The notes under the pieces were generated by a model. That model was not told the origin of the DNA and did not search any database. It was given only the letters and a program-made list of their open reading frames with translations. From NCBI GenBank assembly GCA_044507065.1, contig JBIQJY010000008.1, positions 4,441 to 68,440 on the forward strand: DNA of 64,000 nucleotides. The letters are read 5' to 3'. Below are positions 1 to 8,680 of the stretch, piece after piece; position 1 is the first letter of the stretch, and each line of letters opens with the position of its first letter. Source of the DNA: Acidobacteriota bacterium. Its GTDB lineage: Bacteria > Acidobacteriota > Vicinamibacteria > Vicinamibacterales > SCN-69-37. Made by a program: the position numbers and the translations under genes.

Positions 1-1
1 G

Positions 2-631
2 GATCTCTCGAATCTCGGGTTCCTGGGATATCCGCTGCTGCAGACGGCCGACGTCGCGATGTACGACGCGCACGTCGTGCCGGTGGGGGAGGACCAGGTG
101 CCGCACCTCGAGTTGTCGCGCGAGGTGGTCCGGCGGTTCAATCATCTCTATGGCGACGTGCTCGTCGAACCGCAGGCCCTGCTCACGCCGACGCCGCGGC
201 TGCCCGGGCTCGACAACCGGAAGATGAGCAAGAGCTACGGCAACACCATCGACCTGTCCGATACCGCCGCCGACGTCGTGAAGAAGGTGCGCCAGATGTA
301 CACCGATCCGAAACGCGTGCGCGCCGACATTCCGGGCACGGTCGAGGGCAACCCCGTGTTCGTCTACCACAACACGTTCAACCCGAACGTCGAGGAAGTG
401 CGCGATCTCGAGGATCGCTATCGCGCCGGCAAGGTGGGCGACGTCGAGGTGAAGACCAAGCTGGCCGCCGCGATCAACGCGCGCCTCGACCCCATCCGCG
501 AGCGCCGGGCGGCGGCGCTGGCGCGGCCGGAATACCTGCGCGAGGTGCTGGTCGAGGGATCGCGACGAGCGCGCGAGGTGGCCCTCGAGACCATGACACG
601 CGTGCGCGACGCCGTCAGGCTGCGATACTGA
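2..631 (+). CDS. trpS: tryptophan--tRNA ligase, C-terminal part (5' end outside window)
   Basis: Frame open from the window edge. YPLLQTADV..VPVGEDQVPHLELSREVVRRFN and the KMSKS class I signature are present. ORF track 59..631 is the in-frame tail. Confidence 0.9.
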   Translation, partial: DLSNLGFLGYPLLQTADVAMYDAHVVPVGEDQVPHLELSREVVRRFNHLYGDVLVEPQALLTPTPRLPGLDNRKMSKSYGNTIDLSDTAADVVKKVRQMYTDPKRVRADIPGTVEGNPVFVYHNTFNPNVEEVRDLEDRYRAGKVGDVEVKTKLAAAINARLDPIRERRAAALARPEYLREVLVEGSRRAREVALETMTRVRDAVRLRY

Positions 632-637
632 GGCCGC

Positions 638-1444
638 ATGGCTGAACAGCACCAGCAGCTCGGCTTCGAATCCATCCTCGGGGACTACCCCGTGCGGCTG
701 CAGAACTTCGAGGGCCCGCTCGACCTGCTCCTGCACCTGATCAGGAAGCACGAAGTCGACATCTACGACATCCCGATTGCCCTCATCACCCGGCAGTACC
801 TCGAGTACCTGGACCTGATGACCGAGATGGATCTCGACCTGGCGGGCGAGTTCCTCGTGATGGCGGCGACGCTCATCCACATCAAGTCGCGCACGCTCCT
901 GCCGCGTCCGGATCCCACGCAGGACGAGCCGGAAGAGGACCCGCGCGACGCACTCGTGCGCCGGCTGCTCGAGCACCAGCGCTTCAAGGCCGCGGCCGAA
1001 CTGCTGCACGAGAAGGAAATCCAGCGCAGCGCGCAGTGGGCCCGGCCCGACGAGCGTGTCGCGGCGCTCGTGGGCGATCCGCCCGAGCCGGAAATAGAGG
1101 TCGACCTGTTCAGCCTCATGACGGCCTTCCGTCAGGTGCTCGATCGGGCCCGCAAGCGCCCGCAGGTCCGACTGCCGCCCGAGCAGATCTCCATCGAGGA
1201 CCGCATGGAGCAGCTCGACGCCCGGCTCTCCGAGCAGGAAGCGTGCGGGTTCGATGAACTGTTTGCCGACGTCAACACCCGGGCCGGTATGATCGTGACC
1301 TTCCTCGCGCTGCTCGAGATGATCCGCATGAAACGCGTGCGCGTCTTCCAGCAGGCAGCCGGCGGCGCCATCCGCGTCTATCGGCGCGCGCGCCAGGCCA
1401 GCGCCCCGTTTGCGGCGCCCGAGGCCGGCGGGGGGGCGGCGTGA
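638..1444 (+). CDS. scpA: segregation and condensation protein A
   Basis: N-terminal LDLLLHLIRKHEVDIYDIPIALITRQYLEYL signature. 4-nt GTGA overlap with the next gene (scpB). Confidence 0.9.
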   Translation: MAEQHQQLGFESILGDYPVRLQNFEGPLDLLLHLIRKHEVDIYDIPIALITRQYLEYLDLMTEMDLDLAGEFLVMAATLIHIKSRTLLPRPDPTQDEPEEDPRDALVRRLLEHQRFKAAAELLHEKEIQRSAQWARPDERVAALVGDPPEPEIEVDLFSLMTAFRQVLDRARKRPQVRLPPEQISIEDRMEQLDARLSEQEACGFDELFADVNTRAGMIVTFLALLEMIRMKRVRVFQQAAGGAIRVYRRARQASAPFAAPEAGGGAA

Positions 1445-2205
1445 CGCAGTCGACCGTCGAGGAGCACAGCAGTCGAGGCGATGAGTCCATGGAATTGAAA
1501 GCCATCATCGAGGCCCTGATCTTCGCCTCGCCCGAGCCGGTCACCGTCAAGGCGCTCGCAAAGCTCCTCGAAGGCGAAACGACCGAGGCCATCACCGCGG
1601 CGATCGACGCGCTCGAAGCGGACTACGACGGGCCCGGCGGTTTGCAACTGGTCGAGGTGGCGGGCGGCTACCAGATCGTGACGCGACCCGAACTGCACGA
1701 ATGGGTGCGGCGCCTGTTCCACGAGCACACGACGAAGAAGCTGTCGGTGTCCGCGCTCGAGACGCTCGCCGTCATTGCCTACAAGCAGCCCATCACGGCG
1801 CCCGAGATCACCGAGATTCGTGGCGTCAACGCCGCTGGCGTCGTCGGGACGCTGATCGAGCGGAAGCTCATCCGCATCGTGGGGCGCAAGCAGGTGGTGG
1901 GCCGGCCGTTCCTCTACGGCACCACGCGGGATTTTCTCGAACGCTTCGGCCTGAACGACCTGTCGGACCTGCCGAAGATCGAGGACATGTCCGACCTGCT
2001 CGGCTTCGAACTGCCGAGCGCCATGGCCGAACCCGCGCCCCAGACGGCGCTGCCGTTCGAGTCCGATGCGTCAGCCGCCGCCGATGCCGAGGCGCCTGCC
2101 GAAGCGGACGCCGGGAGTGTGCAGGACACCGCCCCCGAAGCGGCGATCGAGGCTGAGCCGGAGGCTGCCCCGGAGGCCGAGCCGGAGCCCGAGTCCAGCC
2201 TGTAG
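1441..2205 (+). CDS. scpB: segregation and condensation protein B
   Basis: IEALIFASPEPVTVKALAKLL, GGYQIVTRPE and LSVSALETLAVIAYKQPITAPEI motifs. Acidic A/E/P-rich tail. The start could instead be ATG 1489. Confidence 0.88.
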   Translation: MTQSTVEEHSSRGDESMELKAIIEALIFASPEPVTVKALAKLLEGETTEAITAAIDALEADYDGPGGLQLVEVAGGYQIVTRPELHEWVRRLFHEHTTKKLSVSALETLAVIAYKQPITAPEITEIRGVNAAGVVGTLIERKLIRIVGRKQVVGRPFLYGTTRDFLERFGLNDLSDLPKIEDMSDLLGFELPSAMAEPAPQTALPFESDASAAADAEAPAEADAGSVQDTAPEAAIEAEPEAAPEAEPEPESSL

Positions 2206-2214
2206 TCTTTCGTC

Positions 2215-3060
2215 ATGGCCGTTCGCCTCAACAAGCTGCTCTCGCAGGCCGGTGTCGCCTCGCGCCGTCTCGCCGATGAGCTCATTGCGCAAGGCCGCGT
2301 CGAGGTCAACGGCGAAATCGTGACCGAGCTCGGCGCGAAGGCCGACCCCGGCCACGATGACATTCGCGTCGATGGACGGCGGCTGAAGGTCGACACGGTT
2401 CGCCGGTACATCCTGCTCAACAAACCCCGCGGCGTGTTGAGCACCCGTTCCGATCCGCATCAGCGCCGGACTGTCGTCGACCTGCTGGCGGCCGCGGGCG
2501 TGCGCGGCTACTTCTACCCGGTGGGCCGGCTCGACTACGACTCCGAAGGACTCATCCTGCTGACCAACGACGGCGACTTCGCCGAACGGGTGATGCACCC
2601 GCGCTACGAACTCGAGCGCACGTACGAGGCGGTGGTCGAAGGGGTGCCCGACGAGCGCGATCTCGACCGGTTGCGCACCGGCGTGACGGTCGACGGCCGA
2701 CGCACGCTGCCGGCCACCGTGCGCCTGGTGCGCGTGGTCGAGGGGCGGGCCGGCGAGCGCGGCGTGCTGGAACTGACGCTTCGCGAGGGCCGCAACCGGC
2801 AGGTGCGGCACATGTGCGACGCCATTGCCCACCCGGTGGCGCGCCTGCGCCGCATCCGCATCGGCACGATTGACGACCGGAACCTCCGACCGGGCCAGAT
2901 GCGCGACCTGACGCCGGCCGAGGTGCGGTCGCTCGTTCGCGATCGCGGGGAGGCGGCACCCGCGCCGCGCGAAGGACGCGCGCGACGGCCGCCGACGCGG
3001 CGTCCCGCTTCCGCGTCGCGCGCCGCCACGCCCGATTCCCGTCGACGCCGCCCGCGCTGA
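2215..3060 (+). CDS. rluB: RluB/RsuA-family 23S rRNA pseudouridine synthase
   Basis: S4-like N-terminus (RLNKLLSQAGVASRRLADELI), catalytic core (YILLNKPRGV, GRLDYDSEGLILLTNDG) and an Arg-rich C-terminal tail. Confidence 0.85.
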   Translation: MAVRLNKLLSQAGVASRRLADELIAQGRVEVNGEIVTELGAKADPGHDDIRVDGRRLKVDTVRRYILLNKPRGVLSTRSDPHQRRTVVDLLAAAGVRGYFYPVGRLDYDSEGLILLTNDGDFAERVMHPRYELERTYEAVVEGVPDERDLDRLRTGVTVDGRRTLPATVRLVRVVEGRAGERGVLELTLREGRNRQVRHMCDAIAHPVARLRRIRIGTIDDRNLRPGQMRDLTPAEVRSLVRDRGEAAPAPREGRARRPPTRRPASASRAATPDSRRRRPR

Positions 3061-3089
3061 TCCGTTTGTCGACACCGCGTCCGCGTGGC

Positions 3090-3374
3090 ATGCTGGGACC
3101 CATGACGCAAACAGAACGCGTGTGTCTTGCGGGAGCCATGATTGGCGCCGTCGCCGGCGCGGCCGTCGCTTTCCTGTACGCAACCGACGAGGGCGCCCGT
3201 CGTCGGCGGGGCCTGATGCATTCGGTCGAGCGGGTGTCGTTCGACGTCGACGAGGCGCAGCGCCTGTGGGCGCGCCTGCGCGAGGTGTGGTCGCAGTACG
3301 AACGCGAGTCGACTGCACGGCCCGCGCCGGTGCGGTTCGAGCGGTCGCGCGACTGGCCGGCCGGCACCGCCTGA
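3090..3374 (+). CDS. small hypothetical membrane protein (YtxH-like N-terminus)
   Basis: ORF 3066..3374. One hydrophobic helix (CLAGAMIGAVAGAAVAFLYA) followed by a charged helical region. Start is ambiguous (TTG 3066, ATG 3090 or ATG 3102). Confidence 0.5.
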   Translation: MLGPMTQTERVCLAGAMIGAVAGAAVAFLYATDEGARRRRGLMHSVERVSFDVDEAQRLWARLREVWSQYERESTARPAPVRFERSRDWPAGTA

Positions 3375-3447
3375 TCGGCGTCGGGACAGGCCGGCCCGTT
3401 CGCGGTGAGGCCCGGCGCGGCCGACCGGGACGGTTCCGCGCGTGCCG

Positions 3448-4605
3448 TCAGTGCACGTGCGCGCGCACGTCCGCCCAGAACGAGACGAGGCGCAGCATGT
3501 CCATCGACCCGGCGCCGTCGAGCAGGCGCGCGTGCGACAGGAGCGGCGTGAGCAGCCAGCGGACGGTGGCGCCGCGATCGACCAGGTCTGCGGCCGTCAG
3601 CGCCGCTTCGGTCGACGGAATGACGTTGTCGTCTGCGCCGTGCAGCAGGAACACGGGAACGTCCGGCGGCGGCGCGAGCGCGAGTGACATGCCGGGGTCG
3701 TTGCCGAACTCCTCGACGAACGGTGCGATGGCCTGACCCATCCGGACGACGTCGCGCGCGGCGGCGGCCTCGACAAGCTCGCGGCTCGGTTCGGGCAGCG
3801 ACGCCATCAACACATCCAGTTCAGCCATCAGGCGGCGCGCCGTCGCGAAGTCGGCGCTGTCATCGAGCGAGGCCTCGAGAAACGTACGGACCCCGCGTTC
3901 GAATCCCTGCACCTGATCCGGCGGCACCAGGCGCTCCGCCATCGTCAACATCACGACGGCCAGCGCGTAGTCGTGCGGCTGGCGCGTGGAGCCGTCGGGA
4001 AGGATGCCCGTCGACAGATAACGCAGCGTTCGCGTCAGGTTGCCGTGTCCGCCAATCGACACGACGGCATGCAGGCGATCCGCCAGTACCGGGCGCCCGG
4101 CGGCCACGAGTGCGAGCCCCCCGGCAAAGCTCACCCCGACGAGCGTGACGCGGCCCTCGTGCGCCAGATCGGCGCGCCCGGCAATCCACGCCGTGGTGTC
4201 GGCAATCATGTCGGTCGATCGGCCCGTGAGGCGGAATGCGCGGAGGTCGGGGAGCGGCGCGCACACGACGGTCAGGCCGCTCGCACTCATGCGGCCGCAG
4301 AACTGCACCAGGCGTGGCGCCTCGACGCCGCCGCCGTGCACACCCGGGAAGACGACGACGGTGGGGGATGGTGCGCCCGCCGGTTCGTAGACGCGCACCG
4401 TCATGGCGCCGTGCCGGGTGGGCACTTCGATGTCGCGCGTGGCGACGACGCGAGGGCGCACCGGGATGATTGACCGCGCGAGGCCGTCGACGCCGGCGAA
4501 GTCGAGCAGGAAGGCCACCGTCGTGACGTACGGCGTGGCAACCAGAACGACCACTGCAAAGACGGCCGCGGTGACCGCCATCAATCGCTTCCCGCGGATC
4601 GTCAT
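3448..4605 (-). CDS. alpha/beta hydrolase (dienelactone-hydrolase-like), N-terminal membrane anchor
   Basis: GxSxG nucleophile elbow (LVGVSFAGG), FLLHGADDNVIP and a TM helix near the N-terminus. ORF 3448..4701 trimmed to ATG 4605 (alternative ATG 4581) because it otherwise overlaps the cmk start. Confidence 0.7.
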   Translation of the reverse strand: MTIRGKRLMAVTAAVFAVVVLVATPYVTTVAFLLDFAGVDGLARSIIPVRPRVVATRDIEVPTRHGAMTVRVYEPAGAPSPTVVVFPGVHGGGVEAPRLVQFCGRMSASGLTVVCAPLPDLRAFRLTGRSTDMIADTTAWIAGRADLAHEGRVTLVGVSFAGGLALVAAGRPVLADRLHAVVSIGGHGNLTRTLRYLSTGILPDGSTRQPHDYALAVVMLTMAERLVPPDQVQGFERGVRTFLEASLDDSADFATARRLMAELDVLMASLPEPSRELVEAAAARDVVRMGQAIAPFVEEFGNDPGMSLALAPPPDVPVFLLHGADDNVIPSTEAALTAADLVDRGATVRWLLTPLLSHARLLDGAGSMDMLRLVSFWADVRAHVH

Positions 4606-4624
4606 CCCGGGAATAATAGTGGAC

Positions 4625-5305
4625 GTGAGAAATGCGCGTGCGCTCGTCGTGGCAATCGACGGCCCTTCCGGAGCCGGCAAGGGCACCGTCTCCCGTGCCA
4701 TCGCTGACCGTCTGCACTACCGACACGTCGACACCGGCGCGATGTACCGGGCAGTGGCGTGGCTTGCGCTTCATCGCGGCTTCGATCTCGCCGACGCCGA
4801 GCGGGTGGCCGAGCTGGCCACGACGGCCGTGTTCGACCTCGACGGACACGTGGGCATCGACGGTCACGACGTCACGGCGGCCATCCGTACGCCTGAGATC
4901 GACAGGGCGGCGGCCGTTGTGGCACAGCACCCGCCGGTTCGCGTCGTGCTGGTGGAGCGGCAGCGGCAGTATGGGCGCGAGGGTGGCGTCGTGATGGAGG
5001 GGCGCGACATCGGCAGCGTCGTGTTTCCCGATGCCGACGTGAAGATCTATCTCGACGCCTCGGCCGAGGAGCGCGCGCGCCGGCGCGCGTCGGACACCGC
5101 GCACGAAGCGGGCCGCGCGGCGGGCAACGTCGAGCAGGTGGCCCGCGCGCTCGAGGATCGCGACCGGATCGACCGCACGCGTGCCGCCTCGCCGCTCACC
5201 GTGCCCGACGATGCGTTCTATCTCGATACGACAACGCTGCCGATTGGCGACGTGGTCGGGCGCGTGATGGCCGCGATCGAGCGTCACTCGGCCGCAGCCC
5301 GGTGA
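4625..5305 (+). CDS. cmk: (d)CMP kinase
   Basis: VVAIDGPSGAGKGTVSRAIADRLHYRHVDTGAMYR P-loop region. In-frame GTG 4625 inside ORF 4403..5305. Confidence 0.9.
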   Translation: MRNARALVVAIDGPSGAGKGTVSRAIADRLHYRHVDTGAMYRAVAWLALHRGFDLADAERVAELATTAVFDLDGHVGIDGHDVTAAIRTPEIDRAAAVVAQHPPVRVVLVERQRQYGREGGVVMEGRDIGSVVFPDADVKIYLDASAEERARRRASDTAHEAGRAAGNVEQVARALEDRDRIDRTRAASPLTVPDDAFYLDTTTLPIGDVVGRVMAAIERHSAAAR

Positions 5306-5314
5306 CGCGTCGCG

Positions 5315-6820
5315 TCACTCGTTCGGCGCGCTGATGCCGCACTCCTTCATCTTGTTGAGCAGCGTCTTGTAGCTGACGCCGAGCTGCTGCGCGGCCTTGC
5401 GGCGGTTCCACCGGAAGTGATCGAGGGCCTGCTGGATCGCGTCGCGTTCGGCGTTGAGCGCGGCGCGTCGCGCCAGGTCGGGCAGCCTGGTGCTGGCCGG
5501 ATCCTCGGCGGCGACGGCCTCGGGGGCGCGCGGCGCCGACGAAGACATCGGCGCGGATGCCGCCGCCGGTGCCGCTGACGCGTGCGTCGCAATGGGAGCG
5601 GCTTCGGTCATCGGCGCCGACGGCAGGTCGGTCGGACGGTGCCGCTGCAGTTCCTGCAGCACCAGCCCCTCATCCTGCAGGATGACGAACCGCTTGATCA
5701 CGTTCTCGAGCTCCCGGACGTTGCCCGGCCACGCGTACTCGACGAACGCCTCGCGCAGGCGCGCGGAGGGACGCGCGGCCGATCGCCCGTAGCGGCCGGC
5801 ATAGCGCTGCAGGAAGAACTCGGCCAGCGGAATGATCTCGTCGCGCCGGTCGCGCAGGGGCGGCACGCGCAGCTCGATGACCTGCAGGCGGTAGTAGAGG
5901 TCTTCGCGAAACTGGCCCATGCGGATCATGTGCTCGAGTTCGCGGTTGGTGGCCGCGATGACGCGGACATCGATCGAGACGGCGCGGTTGCTCCCGAGGC
6001 GCGTGAACTGGTGATCCTGGAGCACGTGCAGCAGCTTGGCCTGGAGGGCCAGCGGCATTTCGCCAATCTCGTCGAGCATGATCGTGCCCTCGTTGGCGAA
6101 CTCGAACTTGCCCATGCGCGAGGCCTGCGCGCCCGTAAAGGCGCCGCGTTCGTGGCCGAACAGCTCGCTCTCGAGCAGTTCGGTCGGCAGGGCGGCGCAG
6201 TTGACCTTCACGAAGGGCTTCGTGCGTCGCGTCGACTGCCGGTGCAGCTCGTGGGCGATCACTTCCTTGCCGACGCCGCTCTCGCCCGTGATGAGCACGT
6301 TGACGTCGCTGTCGGCCACGCGCTCGACCATCGTGAGCACGCGCCGCATCGCGGCCCCCGATCCCCAGCAGGGCTGCGCGCCATCGGGCGAGTCGACGAC
6401 CTGGGCCCGAAGGCGGGCGACCTCGCTCGTCAGGCTGAGCTTTTCGACCGCGTGGCGAATCGCCGATTCGAGCGCCGCTTCCCCGAGACCTTCCGGATCG
6501 TCGGGCTTGACCACATAGTCGATCGCGCCCAGCCGGACGGCATCGACAATCGTCGACGGCACCTGGGTGCCCGAGAGCATGATGACCTGCAGCGACGGGT
6601 GGCTCGTGCGGACGACCCGCAGCGTTTCGAGTCCGTCCATACCCGGCATCAGCACGTCGAGCAGCACGACATCCGGCGGACGATCCGCGCCGAGCGACTG
6701 CACCAGTTCCGCCCCGCTCTTGAACGTGATCGCGTCGTAGCCCTTCGATCCGAGCAGCACCGAGAGGTACTGCGAGAACGCCGGATCGTCATCGACGATG
6801 GCAATGCGTGCGGGATTCAT
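5315..6820 (-). CDS. sigma54-dependent Fis-family response regulator (NtrC-like)
   Basis: Receiver (RIAIVDDDPAF..DVVLLDVLMPGMDG), AAA+ sigma54-interaction domain (VLITGESGVGKE, ESELFGHERGAFTGA) and C-terminal Fis HTH (KAAQQLGVSYKTLLNKMKE). ATG at 6820 with a GGAGG motif upstream. The longer ORF 5315..7441 is an artefactual extension. Confidence 0.92.
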   Translation of the reverse strand: MNPARIAIVDDDPAFSQYLSVLLGSKGYDAITFKSGAELVQSLGADRPPDVVLLDVLMPGMDGLETLRVVRTSHPSLQVIMLSGTQVPSTIVDAVRLGAIDYVVKPDDPEGLGEAALESAIRHAVEKLSLTSEVARLRAQVVDSPDGAQPCWGSGAAMRRVLTMVERVADSDVNVLITGESGVGKEVIAHELHRQSTRRTKPFVKVNCAALPTELLESELFGHERGAFTGAQASRMGKFEFANEGTIMLDEIGEMPLALQAKLLHVLQDHQFTRLGSNRAVSIDVRVIAATNRELEHMIRMGQFREDLYYRLQVIELRVPPLRDRRDEIIPLAEFFLQRYAGRYGRSAARPSARLREAFVEYAWPGNVRELENVIKRFVILQDEGLVLQELQRHRPTDLPSAPMTEAAPIATHASAAPAAASAPMSSSAPRAPEAVAAEDPASTRLPDLARRAALNAERDAIQQALDHFRWNRRKAAQQLGVSYKTLLNKMKECGISAPNE

Positions 6821-7464
6821 GTCGGGCCTCCTCCAGCCATGAAGCGGACGTCGACCACGCCCGATGGGTCGGCGAGACTTACCGCCGCCTCGTGTGCATC
6901 GAGGATATGCGATGCGGCAATCAATGCGAGGCCTGCACCGCCGGCATCGAACACAATACCCCGGGTCGGCGCGCGCACCATGCCGGCGTCCGGGGGGCAG
7001 GCCCGCAGCCGCACGCCGACGCTGGCGTCGGCACCGGCCGGCGCGGTGGAGACTTCGACCGGGCTGCCCGTCTCGCGGCCGAGCCATTCGGCGAGCGCGA
7101 TGATGGCCCCGGCCAGCGCCGTGACATCGGCCCGGATGTCCGGGGCTGTTGCGTCGGCCGCGCGGATGATTGTGAGTCCTGCCGGCTCGCGGCGCTTGTC
7201 CACTTCGTCGAGCACCCGATCGAGGCTTACGGTTTCGAAAGCCTGGGAGTTGCTGCCGCCAAGCCACGACCCCAGATCGGATGCCTGTCGCGCGATGGCG
7301 GTCAGTCTGCCCGTGGCATCGAGCATCGCATCGAGCATTGCCGCCTCGGGGTGGCCCGTGTCGCGGTTGCGCTGCAGGAGTCGAATGTAGCCCTGAAGTA
7401 CGCTGAGCGGACTGCGCAATTCGTGCGCAAGTACCGAGCACATTCTGGGAAATGGGACGGGCAT
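6817..7464 (-). CDS. histidine-kinase-like protein: DHp H-box plus degenerate catalytic domain, no sensor or TM region
   Basis: H-box SVLAHELRSPLSVLQGY and a G2-like GGAGLAL. No recognisable N-box Asn (ALAEWL where NLxxNA is expected). Its TGA overlaps the activator ATG (ATGA at 6817-6820). Confidence 0.7.
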   Translation of the reverse strand: MPVPFPRMCSVLAHELRSPLSVLQGYIRLLQRNRDTGHPEAAMLDAMLDATGRLTAIARQASDLGSWLGGSNSQAFETVSLDRVLDEVDKRREPAGLTIIRAADATAPDIRADVTALAGAIIALAEWLGRETGSPVEVSTAPAGADASVGVRLRACPPDAGMVRAPTRGIVFDAGGAGLALIAASHILDAHEAAVSLADPSGVVDVRFMAGGGPT

Positions 7465-7513
7465 GGTGTTATCTTGCCGCAACCTTCTTGCCACTTTCAC
7501 TATGTCTCCCCAC

Positions 7514-7529
7514 TGGCACGTACGTTGAA
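7514..7529 (+). promoter_or_regulatory. candidate sigma54 (-24/-12) promoter upstream of the single-domain receiver gene
   Basis: TGGCAC-GTACG-TTGAA compared with the consensus TGGCACG-N4-TTGCW. About 41 nt upstream of ATG 7571. The -12 GC dinucleotide reads GA, which weakens the call. Confidence 0.35.
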
Positions 7530-7570
7530 GATCCTTTTGCACGCAGCGCCCGTCAGGTAGTTCTTACACG

Positions 7571-7963
7571 ATGAAAGTCGTCCCGCCAGCGCGAATACTT
7601 CTTGTCGATGACTATCCCGATGTGCTGGAGGTGGGACGGCTGTTCCTGGTGGCCTGCGGGTTCGAGGTCATGACGGCAGCCGACGGACTGGATGCCCTGC
7701 GGCTTGCGGTCTCCGGCGGACCGAACGGTCGTCCGGATCTGGTCATCCTCGATCTCGAGCTTCCGAGACTCGGGGGCATCGACGTCGCGCGGCGGCTGCG
7801 CGCCGGGCGCGACACGGCATCCACCCCGCTCATCGCGGTCACCGGGCATTCCGACTCGAGGTGCCTCGACGAGGCCCGCGTCGCCGGGTTCGACATCGTC
7901 CTCACCAAACCCTGCAATCCCAACGTGCTGCGCAGCGAGATCCACCGCCTGCTCGACCTGTAA
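7571..7963 (+). CDS. single-domain response regulator (CheY-like receiver)
   Basis: ILLVDDYPDV..DLVILDLELPRLGGIDV..PLIAVTGH..LTKP receiver signature. 130 aa with no output domain. Confidence 0.88.
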   Translation: MKVVPPARILLVDDYPDVLEVGRLFLVACGFEVMTAADGLDALRLAVSGGPNGRPDLVILDLELPRLGGIDVARRLRAGRDTASTPLIAVTGHSDSRCLDEARVAGFDIVLTKPCNPNVLRSEIHRLLDL

Positions 7964-8121
7964 GCAACCAGTACGGCCTGGCGTTACCCTCATACGGCAG
8001 TCGGCTGCCACACTGCCGCCCATTCAGACCTGTAATCGCGCGTACGACGCGGGCATGGACCGTGCAATACGGGGATTGCGCGATCGAATTCACGATCGCC
8101 TCAGAACAGGACCGGTGTCTG

Positions 8122-8271
8122 ATGCTGATGACAATCTTCGTGCTGCTCCTGGTGCTGTGGCTGCTTGGAATGGTGAGCAGCACCACCCTCGGTGGATTCA
8201 TCCACATCCTGCTGGTGATTGCCGTGGCGATCATTCTGATCCGCATCATCCAGGGGCGACGACCCGTTTGA
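8122..8271 (+). CDS. lmo0937-family small membrane protein
   Basis: MLMTIFVLLLVLWLLGMVSSTTLGGFIHILLVIAVAIILIRIIQGRRPV matches the family pattern remembered from other genomes. In-frame ATG inside ORF 7861..8271. Confidence 0.8.
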   Translation: MLMTIFVLLLVLWLLGMVSSTTLGGFIHILLVIAVAIILIRIIQGRRPV

Positions 8272-8286
8272 GCGAGGGAGGTTCCA

Positions 8287-8607
8287 GTGATCAACGGACA
8301 TCCAGATAGCCGGCACTCGTCCGGACACGATTTCCTGTCCGGCATCGTGCTCGGGATGGTCTTCGGTGCGGCGGCCGGGGTGCTTCTCGCACCCAAGGCT
8401 GGAAGCGACACGCGGGAGACCGTGGCGCACTCGGCGCGTCGCATGCGCGAGCGGGCGCGACATACCTATGAGGAGGCCTCGCACACGGTCCACGACGCGG
8501 TCGATCGTGGCCGTGAGGCCTGGCGGGCTGGTCGCGAGACGTTCGACCGGGCACGCGCGAGCCACCAGGCGAACCACATCGGCGACGAGCCGCCGATGCC
8601 CGTCTAG
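8287..8607 (+). CDS. YtxH domain-containing protein
   Basis: FLSGIVLGMVFGAAAGVLLAPKAGSDTRE followed by a long charged helix. Typical YtxH architecture. Confidence 0.8.
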   Translation: MINGHPDSRHSSGHDFLSGIVLGMVFGAAAGVLLAPKAGSDTRETVAHSARRMRERARHTYEEASHTVHDAVDRGREAWRAGRETFDRARASHQANHIGDEPPMPV

Positions 8608-8620
8608 TCGGTCCGCGTAC

Positions 8621-8659
8621 AAGGGAACGGGCCGGCCTGACTGGCCGACCCGTTTCCTT
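8621..8659. terminator. bidirectional hairpin between convergent genes
   Basis: AAGGGAACGGGCCGGCC-tgact-GGCCGACCCGTTTCCTT. About 17 bp of stem with one wobble and one mismatch. T-rich on both exits but no long U-tract. Confidence 0.6.
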
Positions 8660-8680
8660 GATCACGAGCGGACCGCCGCC

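Noticed and set aside
5315-7441. 708-codon ORF suggesting a much larger sigma54 regulator. Likewise 25284..27890 for argS and 27290..28384 for mobA.
   Set aside because: The N-terminal extensions are Arg/Gly/Pro-rich junk overlapping the upstream genes. Conserved domains begin at the internal ATGs, which form ATGA overlaps with the upstream stops.
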